Shown: positions 12,651-25,007 of the stretch, one piece after another
How positions within the stretch are numbered: the first letter of the stretch is position 1
How the letters are laid out: each line of letters begins with the position of its first letter
NCBI GenBank assembly: GCA_965153455.1
Contig: OZ234493.1
Span: forward strand, 20,884,213-20,948,212
Reading direction: 5' to 3'
Length of the DNA: 64,000 nucleotides
Origin: Sphagnum compactum
Taxonomy: Eukaryota
The notes under the pieces: generated by a model
What the model saw: only the letters and a program-made list of their open reading frames with translations
Database searches by the model: none
What the model was told of the DNA's origin: nothing
Translations under genes and position numbers: made by a program

Positions 12651-15548
12651 CATTGTGTTCCACAGCTTTATTTCATTGGTGAAGTAACGGTCTTTCAATT
12701 TACCAAATGTTCTTTCTATGTGTGCATTCTTATACGACTTTGAATGAAATTCCAGTTGTATTCCTCTTTGAACATTCCATCTTTGTGTCCTTTGAAAGGT
12801 GAAAACATCCATGGACAAGCAAGTTATGTAGCATCACCAACTAGAGCATAAGGAACAAATCTTCCAATGTTGCAATTTTAACCAATTGTAGTGTAACACC
12901 ATAAGTGACTATCATGCGTAAAGCCTACCCAACCTATGTCATACTTGCAAAATGTACATTTACTTGTGACAATTCCTTGCATAGCACGAAATTGCTATGT
13001 AATAAGTTGCTACATGAAATTTTGGAACTATGATTGAAATATGTGAGCCATCAACAACTCCTACAACAAAAGGAATGCCACAAAATGCTTGAGACTCTTC
13101 CACAAATTTTTTAATCATTATGCCGTAAGACCATTAATATACTTCTTAAGAAACAAGACTTTCACAACAATGATCAAGTCCTTCACACATCCTTGACAAA
13201 CCTACTCCATACACATCCACAAACATTTGCATACCATGACCCTTTGCAAATCTAAACATAAAATCTAAAATTCTAGTTTCAAAAGGTATTGTAATATACA
13301 TAATGGTATCATGTTTTTGCAACATTAGGATTTTACCTAAGGCAACATGAAGCCAATCAAGTGAAGGTTGATATCACTGGGGGTTTGCAATTAAATTTGA
13401 GAGAGGGCAAGTTGGCAACATTTTTTATGGCTAATCCACTACCAATCAACTAATTTTCTGGTCTGATGCATGAGTGTGAACATGTTTTTTAAAATCACAA
13501 TATGACCAATTTAATTGTGAGTTGGCCTGCATATGGTGCCAATCATTTAGGCCATGGGGGTTAACATACAATTCAATTTTGGCTTTCTGGGTTTGATAAC
13601 ACATCATAGATACAATTGGAATTTCTGGTTTCATGGATTTGATATATTGTCACATTGTATATATTTGTTTGAAATGCCAATTTTTTTTAGAAATTACTTG
13701 TTTGAAATTTCTTTAAAAATTTTGCATTTCCAGAAACAATTTAATTACCACCAAACCTGAAGAGGTACTATGGTATCACAAACAAAAAACATTTGGAATT
13801 TTTTCAGTTTCATCAATTTGATATACCATGGCAAAAACCAGACAACATTGGATTTTTGAATTTCATAGGCGTCATATACTGTCACAGACATAATTGGATT
13901 TTAGGTGTATTGTCACTCAGGAGAGATTCCACCCCTCACCCTAAGATTCCCATGGTCAAATGCTACTGGCACGCAGAACATCACAGGGTGCAACAAATAG
14001 TCTGGAAAGTTCTTATTGATATGACAGAATTTCCCACCATTGCTAATGAAGTTAGGTAATGGCAATTTGACCCTAAAGCCCAAAGTTTGGCTCATGGCCA
14101 AACTGCTGCTTCACCAAGTTCTCCCAATTGCCATTACCTGATATGTATTACTATACATATATACACAAATTGAGGTTTTTGATTTCATAGATTTACATAC
14201 CTACAATCAGAGACAACTATGAGAATATTTGGTTTGATGGGTTTGGCATACCATCATAGCAACATGAACTGGACTTGTGACTTTGCGCTAGGTAACTGGC
14301 TCAAGTGTGCAGGTAACCAGACATACTCAATTGTACAGGAGCTCCAAGCTCACAGGTTATGGGACACAGAATAGTGTCAGTTATGAGGTTCAGCCAACCA
14401 GTGAGCAGGAACATGCAAAAAAGAACTAGAGAGGTACGAAAAGGTCAAAAGGCAACAGGATACATGATAAAACTAGGGAGGAGCTCTTGTTGGATGGTGT
14501 GCTGCCATGTTAGCAGCGAGACACTCCCTAGAATCAGTCATATGGTATTGTCACTGATCACACGAGACAGTCAATAGAATTGGATTTTTGAACTGGATGT
14601 TTTGATTTGAACTCGATGAGACTGGTAGTTGCCTGCTGCCACAGCACTGATTCAGTGCGTGCTCAGAAAAGACAGAAGAATTCTGAGGTTGTTGTTGATT
14701 GAGTCCATGCAGGTTCTGCTGCAGCTCCTCTAAGTTAATAATAACACAACCACCAGCTCTTCAGCTTCACTCATGAGTCATGACAGTCTTCTGATGTTCT
14801 TGTTGATGGAAGCTGTTGCTAGCAGTGATTTTTTTGTGGCAAAATTTTGCAAGATTTTGACCGCAAAAATTAAAAAGGGTCTGTTCTGTCTCAAATTCCC
14901 TGTGTTTCAAGAAAAAAATTCACCAAATTTTGAGAAAATTCTATTTATTGAGAAAGTTTAGCCACATTTCCACACAGTTTTAATCCTGTGGATATATACC
15001 AAAACCTGCAAATTGAAAATTTCCAAAAACTAACTGCAAATTAATCCTACTCCTGTTCAAAGCAAACAGAATTGAATTTTGGGGATAAAAATTTAGAAAA
15101 AAAAATAATTCCAATTTTTTTAAAATTTTAATATTTCTATCTAATAAAAAATCGCAAAATTCAAAAAAGTTCAGGAAAAATCTCCAGAATTTCTTTTCAC
15201 GTGCCTCCTCCATCTAACAGTCTATGACTCGTGAGGGAGGACTCTCAGGGGACAGTTGCAACCGACTAGATTCCTGGGCCCCGCTGTTCGTCCCTGCTGC
15301 TCCTCAGGAAAGGGAAGAGAAGAAGAAGAAGACAAAACAAATTTGCAGCAAACAAAGCTTGATTGATTGATTTTTTTATGCTGTGCACTTTAGTCCTTAG
15401 ATCTCGCCAAATTTCGATCAGGGATCACAATTCCCCATATCAAGAAGGCGTCTGTGATGAACCCATCCCTAGGAATCATTAGTGCGAAAAAAATCCCTAA
15501 TAATTAAGAAATCTAGAGTTTGGACTCTGTGCTATGATGAATCCCTAA

Positions 15549-15887
15549 GAGCCACTCACTGGTGCTCAGTACATGACCCCTGCAAATTAAAAATTAGATG
15601 AAGAAAAGTCAAAACATGCTCGTTTGGTTCAATAAATTGGTTTTGGCCCAGCATTTTTGCATAGTTTCTTGAGGCTGGTAAATGGCATAGCAAAGCTTTA
15701 CACGTGCTGTTGATTGGGTAGATAGTTTGGTTGGTGCAGGCGGGCTACTAATTAGTAGTTTCTTGGCACTTATTTGCAATCCCAGTTTTAGTTTCATAGG
15801 TGGGGTTGGAAAAAAGTAAAATAACTGTACTTGGATGTGAGAAATCTTTTTGCAGGGTCACATATTGAGCACCATTGGAGATGCTCT
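15549..15887. mobile_element. MITE, Harbinger/Tourist-like (same family as 29196-29480)
   Basis: Degenerate TIRs GAGCCACTCACTGGTGCTCAGTACATG ... CATATTGAGCACCATTGGAGATGCTC; 5' flank TAA; internal similarity to 29360-29480 in reverse. Confidence 0.6.
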
Positions 15888-16964
15888 ACAAGAAGAATTA
15901 GTCTGTGATGTAAGCTCTTCTAGTCGTGCATTTGGTTGTGTGGGTGGAGGAGTGGGGTCCCCATACTGGGTGCAGAGAAAAAAAGGTGTGATGGGAAGTT
16001 ATGGAGATGGCCATCATGTTACTGAGTCCACCCACTCTTGATCTTTCCTTGAAGTGTTGAAATCTTCACAGGGACTCGCAAAGAAGCTCTTGTGTGTGTT
16101 CTTTGTTTTTTTTTGTTTTTGGGGCGATTTTGTTTTGCTTTTCAGATTTGGGTGACGACGCTTTTTTGGGTAGTACAGTTTTGTATTCAAAAGAGTTCAG
16201 GGACGAGCCTGAAAAAGCCTCTCAGGGGTTGATGATTCATTGCTATGTTCGTCAAACATTCGGGAAGGAAGGAAGCTTTTGAAATGGGTGTTGGTTTTGA
16301 GAGGATGTTCTTCTTAGAGGGAGGTGCAGGAATCAACATCAGGCTGGGAAGAAAGACTTTGCAGAAGGAAGTTTGAAAGATGTTAAGCTGGGTGATTCAT
16401 CAATCATGAAACTCGGCTGGGCTTTGCTCTTTTGTTTCGCCGGAGCCGTCTGTGCCCGGCTCGACAGGTGGATCCAAAGCTGCTTGGGAACCGCTTGCAT
16501 CGTTGCAGACGCACTACGTGAGGGTGACCTCCGTCGCGTCATTCATGTGGCCTGACTGCAAACAACCAGTGCGAAGCATCAGCAGCAGCAGCAACACAAC
16601 AGCAGCTCTACTCAAAATCTTCTTCGACGACGCTTCTCCTCAACGTCCAGCATTTCTGCCCAACATTTCTTCTCACAGCTTCTAATTGCAGGAAGCTGCA
16701 AAACAAATTTCATCACAGCAATCTCGTCAGATCTGACGTATTTGAACAAATTTCACGAATTCCTAGAAATTCTCAGGCACATTACAGCCTGAAGAAGATT
16801 GTAGAAACAAGATCCATGCCATCCAGCAGCTCAAGTCCACTGTTTCTGCACAAGTTTCTGCTCTTTGTCCAGACAGAATAAATGATAGATATTATTATCA
16901 TTAGCCTGGATGCTCTCAGACTTCATTACTATTAGAGTGCTTGCTTTGCAGATCAAGACAATTG

Positions 16965-17370
16965 TGTGCAAAAGTGTGAGCTTTGCACAAATCTAAATTA
17001 TTGTTTGAGCTTGCATAAAGCTAAATTAATTGCTTGAGATTGCACAAAGAGTTGTTGTTCAAGATTTGCACAAAGAATTTGTTGTTTTTGTCTGAGCTTG
17101 CACAAAGATCTCTTGTTTCAGCTTAAAGATTTGTTGTTCAAGCTTAAATAACAATTTGTTATTGGAGCTTGCACAATTTTTTTTGGTTTTTGTTTGAATT
17201 TGCACAAAGCTTTGTTGTCGGAGCGTGCACAAAAACTTCTTGTTTTTATTTGAATTTGCACAAAGCTTTGTTGTTGGAGCTTGCATAAAAGTTTGTTGTT
17301 TTTTGTTTCAGCTTGCATAAAGCTTTGTTGTGCAAGCTTGCACAAAAAATTGTTTTGTTCAAGCTTAAAC
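16965..17370. repeat. Degenerate minisatellite built on GAGCTTGCACAAA(G)..TTGTT
   Basis: More than 10 imperfect copies at ~20-35 bp spacing. Confidence 0.8.
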
Positions 17371-18479
17371 CAACCACTTACAGTGTATCAGCAGGATGCA
17401 ACCCTTTACTAAATACTAGGAGTCCTTATTTGTAATCACACTTGAAATATATCTAGATTGAAAGACAAACCCGTATTTTTCTTTATATTCACTTATTGAA
17501 ATGCGTGGATTAAATATGTGAAATCTGAAACCATTTTAGTTTTAAAAACTAATCCGTCAATTTCTGATCCTTGCTTACTCACGCAATGTTGCCTTTTATG
17601 ACATCTTGGAATAACCGTAATTTTAAGAACTTCTTTTTTAAATTAAGATAATTAACTTTATAATACATTCCATTAACAATGAGTTCTCATGCACCCATTT
17701 TAGTACCCAATGTGAAAGATGGGTTCGCCCTTTCATTCCTAAATATTCAACATAAGTTCATAACCCGGTGTTGAGGGGTGCCTGATACTCCTTTTGGGTG
17801 TCAGGATGTGAGTTATATAATTCATAACTCATGTGTGCCATGTCACCCGATTGGTCGAGGTCATAACCTTTGTGTCTATGTTCATGGAGCACATGCATGC
17901 GACTGGTGAAGCAACAAGGTGTGACTGGTGCTTCAATGAAGGGGAAATCAGTGGGAGCTTGATGCCCCTTCACAACCGGTTTTGTCTGGTAACCAGCTTG
18001 AGCTGCCGGCTTACCAAAGGTAGTCTCACTGCCTCTACAGATCAACTACAATCAGGAACTGGGCAGCTCTCTCCGGTTACCTAGTCCTTAATAATTTAAG
18101 AACTATTTGTGTGGCTAGCCTGGATAAAGACAAGCTGTTGTTGCTTGCAGAGACTACTAAGTTCAAGAGTAAGACGCTTTGATATGGAGTGAGAGTATCT
18201 ATCTTGTTAGTTGCTTTCCTCCTCTCCCCCCCCCACCCCACCCCACCCCACAACTTGCCATAACAACTTGTACTCCTGGCCCACCATATGTCTGGTACTT
18301 CTTCCACTGAGGGAAGTGGCGCCTCACTTGTTGTACTTCCCAAAACTTTTTGGACTTTTCCATTTTGTCTTTCATTACTGCTGGCCCTTCATACCACATT
18401 CAACTATGCATTCAATAGTGCTGGTCCTTTGCAAAGCACCCCAACAACATTTCCTAGTGCATGTGAAGGGCAGTTTATA

Positions 18480-18760
18480 TTCAAGAATGCCCTTCCAAGA
18501 AGAGAGGAGACATATTACACCTACTATAGGTGTAAGATCCCTCCCACTCTTAAGGTGTAGGCCTACTAGCTCTCCTTTCAACACCTTGTGGTCTACATAT
18601 GTTTAGGCTGATAATAACATTCACCTCATGCTTTGCTTCACCATGGGCAAAGTCCACAAGTGGGAATCTTCTTCAAATGTGGGGCCAAAGTCAGCTACCT
18701 GCCTCTTAGGCCCCTTATTTTGCAAATGTCCCCACTCTCCAGCTTTACCCTACACACCAT
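18480..18760. repeat. Dispersed repeat family; other copies near 21300-21650 (inverted) and 23400-23680
   Basis: Shared blocks AGATCCCTCCC.CTCTTAAGG and AGG.CCCCTTATTTTG.AAATGTCCCCAC. Confidence 0.5.
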
Positions 18761-20547
18761 ATTCAATTTTGCTTCTTTTTCTTTTTTTTTAAAATTTTGA
18801 GCCTCACAAAATTGGACCAATTCTACAACACCCATCAAAGAAATACCTTACACTACACTCAATTGTTGGAATTGGCTTGTAATTGATTAATAACAACCCC
18901 CCAATGTATTTATTTTTTGGAGTGATGCATTTTGGTTTCTATGCAGTGGTTTGTCCTTCCCACCAACATTTAACCTTGCTTCCCTTTTTAGCCTCACAAT
19001 GGGGCCCAATTCAACAACAAATCCTCCAAGGATTATTATGTCACCCAGCACCCACCAGTGCATCAGCCATTTGGAAACCTGCTATGAGTCATGACTCAGT
19101 TTAAACAGCCACTAATTTTATTGGCATAATTTTGCCCCAAAAAATTTACAAATGAAAATTTTGAAAATGAAGTGATTTTTGAGGGTTTCAATTACTAGAA
19201 GTCAGAGTAAAAAAGCTAGTAAAGGCTTCCAGATTTCTATATTTGGTTCCATGATGTAGCCAAAAATATAAAAGGTTAATTAAATTTGTTTGCTTTCATA
19301 TCTGGTGTATAGCCAGATTTGGCTAAATCTTTGTATGGATGATCACCATGTTGGCTACATCACAAAATTCTTTAAAAAACACTGCTCAGGTATGGATGAA
19401 CCCAAACTGAGTTGATATCCAACCTCCCTCCATAATCTATCCTTACATAGGACAATAGGTTGCTACTAGGTAAGTAAATGGTCGGTACATAATGAAGGGC
19501 TACTAGGTTGTTAGTCAGTAGGTAGTTAAAACAGAAATCTGAGCTAACCAAAACACTAAGGTTAGCTAGGGAACTGGAACTGGATGGAAAAGTTTCTCTT
19601 GTCCACCCACCACTCATCCCTCATGGTGCCAAGATGAGATACCTAGTTGGTCTAGTCATAGGAGTGTTGGAGATTGGGTTCATTTTTTCACCTTTTGTTT
19701 TACATGCCTTTTGATTGCAAGACACTGTAACATTTTTTGCATTCAGTTAGATTGCAAGTCGTTAGAACTTGCAAAGTTGTTGTTGCTAGGGGACCTTTTT
19801 GCGCACGTCATAGTGATTCTTCAACGGCTTGTTGCCCTTGGTTGGGGCTCCTCATCTCTTCCACACATCATAGCTAGTGCACCTTTGTCATCGATTCGTG
19901 ACAAATGATAACTTTTTTGTTGTAGGTCTTCTCTGATATTGTTGATTGTCATTTTGTAATCATGAGTCCTCTTTGCATAGGTTCTTTATCTGATTTTTGT
20001 TTATTGTTTGTTTTTGTTGGGCCCTACCTCCCACAGGGACAAGGACTATCGCATTCAATCCAAAGTTAATTTTTTTTGAAAATTCAATATATGTTTGCAA
20101 GGCTTTTTCCATTTCTTTATTTTTAGTTTTATTTAAAATATTAAGTCTTTGTCTACATTTTCCTAATGAATTTTTTTGCTATGTCTCTTTTAATTATATA
20201 TTTTATTTTATTTTTATTGAAATTCTTGTTCTTGTCTATATTGGTTTTTATATACATATACATGTACCCATGCACACTTATATATGAAAACATATATACA
20301 TTCATATATACATACACATATAGACACATCCATGCACACAAACATATGTATTTCTCTAAACATGTTTTAAATACATCTACAAGATATCATCTACAGGGAG
20401 GGCCTGCATGTTTGTGATGCCTTGGATTTTCTTTGGGTTGTGTCTACTTGTGTTCTCTTTTGCCTTATACTTTTAATGGATGTTTCCCATCCTTGATTTT
20501 GATTTCTTCTTTTTCCTCTCCAAACAAGTGTAGATGTAAAGAGAAAG

Positions 20548-20550
<3 letters not shown>

Positions 20551-20579
<29 letters not shown>
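20551..20579. repeat. (AT)n microsatellite
   Basis: Direct inspection. Confidence 0.95.
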
Positions 20580-20581
<2 letters not shown>

Positions 20582-22399
20582 TAGTTTGATTCCAACCAGT
20601 TCTCAAAAGTGCAACGGTTGGTAGTTTCACGTACCGTAGCCTAGGGTCAAATTTGTCACAATAAAAAAGAAATTTGATTATTTTTTGTTTTCTCTTAATA
20701 AAATTATTTAATTCTTCATTCATGTAAATTTTGAATATTCTTTAGAAATTTTTCATATGTTGGATATACATGTAAAAATATTAGATATACATGACAAATG
20801 TTGACATTGAATGGATTGTCAAATGCTGCTGCACATCCATGCCTATTCATGCTTTTATAGGTAGGGATGTCTGATCTATTCCATTAAACATACATAGTCC
20901 AAGTGGGTTGCTTGTAGAGGGCTGACTGCTTATACAAATGTCTATATTTTGTGTTCACAAATTTTTGTCATTAGGAGAGGTGTAATGTTCAAGATTTTTG
21001 TCACCTCCACTTGGACATTTTTAAAAAATTAATTTTATGATTTTTTGAATTGTTTAATGACGAATTTGACCATAGGCTAGAGTATTATATCATAAGATTA
21101 ACCATGATTATATACAATAAATAAGAAAATATACATTAAAAGATACCTCTTTGGGTCTTGTTGTGTACACGCAAAAGGAAGGCGGGAACAAAACACCATA
21201 AAATCCTAATTTCTGTGTCCTCTTGCCTAAACTAAGTGAGTTTGGAGAATCTTGCTTGCACACAAATTGGTACTACCCAAAAATACTAGGCACCTAAAAC
21301 CATCAAGAGCTCTCCAAGAGAAAAGCACTCAGGAGAACCCTAGGATGCCACTTTCTTAGAATACTAAGAGAAAAACTCCTATTGCAATTGGAGGGCACCT
21401 CATATCCATGAATAATATCCCTCCTAAAACAAGGATGGATTTTATGCCGACTCCTTAAGAGAGGGAGGGATCTTGGGCATAAGATCCTGCTCCCTCTTAA
21501 GGAATAGGTGTAAGAACTCTCCCCTCCTATGCCTCCTAATGGGCAAATATTGATGTTCATCATAACTTTCACCTTGTGCTTGAGGATGAGGAAAAGTGCA
21601 ATGGTGGGGACATTGCAAGAGTTGTCCTCTGAAATGGAGGGGCATTTCAAAAAACAAAAGGCCCATCTCTTTTTTCATCTTTCCCCCATTTCTACCCAGC
21701 AAGTATCATGGGAAAAAATTTAAAATTAAAAAATTATGCCGATGCTCTATGTAGGGTAATGCCCCCACTAGGGTAATGCATAAGGAGCAGGGTGTTCTTG
21801 AAATAAGTGCCCCTCTACCTTAAACAGGCCCTTATTTCAGGAATGCCCTGTTCATCAAGCCTTACCCTACACTTATTGGGGGAATGCCCTTACTTTGGAG
21901 CTTTACCCTATTCTTAATTTGTTTCATTTTGGAATATCTAGTGGGGGTGGGTGTTCTTGAAGCAACCTACCCAACTAAGCTACATTGGGCTTTAACTAAA
22001 TGAAAGGTTATTTAGTCCATGAAGTGATGATGAAACCCTGTCAATCTAATCTATTAATTCGCTTAGCCTGTCTGTGACAGGGCGTTCTGCACACAGACAG
22101 ACTAAGTCCTCACAGGCGTAATTGGAATTGTCTGCTATGGCGGTAATTCCAGTGTTGTTTTCTATGGCAGAATCGGCCTGGCCTCTGAATATACCAGATA
22201 GTTTAGATATAAACGAGGCCGCACCAAGCAAACCAAGGGAACAGCTTGCCTTCTTCTCCAAGCTCTCCCTTCGTTGTCATCGCTCTTGCCATCGCGCACC
22301 AAGCAAACGGTGGGTACAAAGAAGGAAGGGGGGTTGTATGTGCATTCTGTCGAGGTGCCAATTTGAGGGGCCAATTTTGAAGTATCAATTCGAGGAGAC

Positions 22400-22522
22400 A
22401 AAAACTCAGATCCCGTCTGTCCGTCTGTCAATGTCCTGAAACTCAGATCTCGTCTGTCTATCGAGGTCTTGAAACCCAGATCCCGTCTGTCTGTCTGTCG
22501 AGGTCTTGAAACACAGATCCCA
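22400..22522. repeat. Tandem repeat, ~35-bp unit (GAAAC.CAGATCCCGTCTGTC..GAGGTCTT), 3-4 copies
   Basis: CAGATC(C/T)C recurs at ~22407, 22444, 22477, 22514. Confidence 0.75.
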
Positions 22523-23969
22523 AATTGTAAAAGTAAAATAACCGCCCAAAAACTTGCCTGGCTCCTCTTTTCCGGGTTTTCGTGAAACCCGGCAGTTCTG
22601 TGAGGTTTTTTTGAAATAACCAGAATCGACAGCGGTTCTTTGATTCTGAATTTTTTTTCAAATACCCGGAACTTGTGATTCTTTGACTCCGAGTTTTAAT
22701 TCTTTTAATTCTCATTTTACAAATACCCAGACATGAAGGTTATTCAACATATCAAATACCCGCCCAACACTGCTTATATAGTACACAGACAAAACAACAA
22801 CAAGAGTTATTAATTGGTTGAAACAATTAACGGGTACCCACTAATCTTTAAAAAAACCAAAGCACTCAGAAAAGGGAGAACACAAGGAACAAAATGGAAG
22901 GACCTACACCCAAGAACACAAAAGAATCACCTTTTAAAAAAAGTGAATCACAAGGGGAACATCAAGTTCCCAAACCCTCTCCTGTCACCAGAAGCCTATC
23001 AAATAAGGAAAGGAGAGATAATGCCAAGGGTGAGGCTATTCCATGACATTAAGGTCTGGGACGGCAGATTCAACGATTTAAAGGGTTTAAATTCATGCCC
23101 AACGAACACATTTTGATCATTATTATGAGCATATGATCATCACCAGAAGATTATTTCATACAATGTGGTCAAGACAATGGTATAATCTGCTGCCACCCCA
23201 GACCTTAATGTCATAATAATTCTCCTCTTGAACTACTACTAGGAGGCCAGTTTTTCTTTCTAAAACCAAATACCTTTTGTAATGCAAGATGATGATATTT
23301 TAAGATTTTTAATTCTCTTGTAAAGAACTTGATGAAACATCCTAGTGTGTTTGGAGGGCACATTGCATTTGTGAATAACCTTTCTTCAAAAAAGAGAAGG
23401 GATGTTTATGCATGCTCCTTAAGATGGTGGTGGGGATCTTATGCCTATGAGAAGCCATGCTGCTTAAGGAGCACATGTAAGAACTAAGAACCCTCCCCTT
23501 CCTCCACGTGATGTTCTACATATGTTTAGGTTAGGTCCATGATAATGTTTGCCTTGTGCTTTACAATTGGTAAAGCCCATGGATGAAGGAGATTCTCAAA
23601 TTGTGAGGGTGACCTCGTCTACCACCTCATCTTAGGACCCCTTATTTTGGAAATGTCCCCACCCTTGGGCTTTACCCTTCACAAGAGTGTCACAATTTTG
23701 AAAAATTTTAACATGCTATGTCAAATCCCCTGAGGTTGTTATGACTTTGGGGTAAGGCTTTTTACCTTTTAACCAATTAAATTTTACTATACTCAAATTA
23801 GGCTACTTAGCAAGTTAAAATTTTGTTGTTAAATTAGGCTATGTTCGTGGTTCACCCACGGTTGGTACCATGGTTAAACCCAATGTGGGTGCTGGTTCAC
23901 CCAAGGCACCAGTCCTACCCTAGACTTGGTGCAAGTGCTTTTGGCTTAACTACGTGGCCGCCACGTCAG

Positions 23970-24340
23970 TTTTCTAAGCTGACCGCTTGGGGAAGTATAT
24001 TTTACGGGCTGCCCATGATTCCTCCAGGCTAAGAAACAAAAGAGCATTCCGCAAAAGCTCCTTAAACCCTACACCCAATAAGAGAACCGGACGCGCGCGC
24101 GCGCACGAGAGAGAGAAGGATCGTTTGATCGACCGTCCAGAAACTGAAATTGGAAGTTGCAGCAGCGCGCCGCACAAGAATCTAAAACCCAGTTTTGGAA
24201 ATTTTGTTTTGGCAGAATCTAGGAGCTTTTTTTGCGACAAATTCTCTTGTTGGGGCCAAGCCTAATTGATACCCATTTCCTCGGAGCGCCGGTTGTTACG
24301 CGCACGCCCCCGCGCACGCCTGTTGTCTCTCAAGACTATC
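23970..24340 (+). promoter_or_regulatory. CpG-rich putative promoter/5' end of the USP-domain gene
   Basis: Local CpG enrichment, (GC)n-GAGA tract at ~24092-24118, telo-box AAACCCTA at 24064-24071, upstream of a CT-rich 5' UTR-like region. Confidence 0.4.
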
Positions 24341-25007
24341 TCTCTCCAGTCTGCATTTGCTTTAGACTGCTCTGCTGCACCAACTGAATTTTTCCTCTTT
24401 TTTTTCCTGGCAGTTCTTGACTGATGTGAATGCAATAGCTGTGGACTAGTATAGTTAGTTTGTTGTTGTTGTTGTTGTTTGCAGTGTCTCTTTGTTGAGC
24501 TGCTAGTTCAGTGGTGAGAACTGAGAACCGTTTTTTTCGCTTCAAATCCGTTGGATGTGTTTGCATGAAGATCATGGTCTGATATCACGGACGATTTTTG
24601 TTTATGGGTTTCTTCTTCTTTCTTTTTTTTTGGGTGTGTTGGATTGTTCAATATGAGCTGCATTTGGTGAAGATTCTCACAAATGTGATCGCATTGAGTT
24701 CTTGTTGAGTTCATTTCTTCTTCTTCTTCTTCTTTGGCAAATTGGAGCCCAAGGAATTGCTTGCCTCTGGAAATTATAGATCTCACAAGTCTAAGTACAT
24801 GGGGATCAGGAGGATTCCAGTCATGATTTCTCCTCAAAAGAGCTTGATATGAGCATCTGATGAAGCAGCAATAAATGTTCGAGAAGCTGCAACCCATGTG
24901 GTTTACAAGCTGTAGTAGTACTGAATCTGCTGCTGAGTCAATGTGAATACAAAAGAAGGCAGTGGCAGCAGTCCAGCAGCAGACTGTCAATGAACAGCAG
25001 CAGCAGC

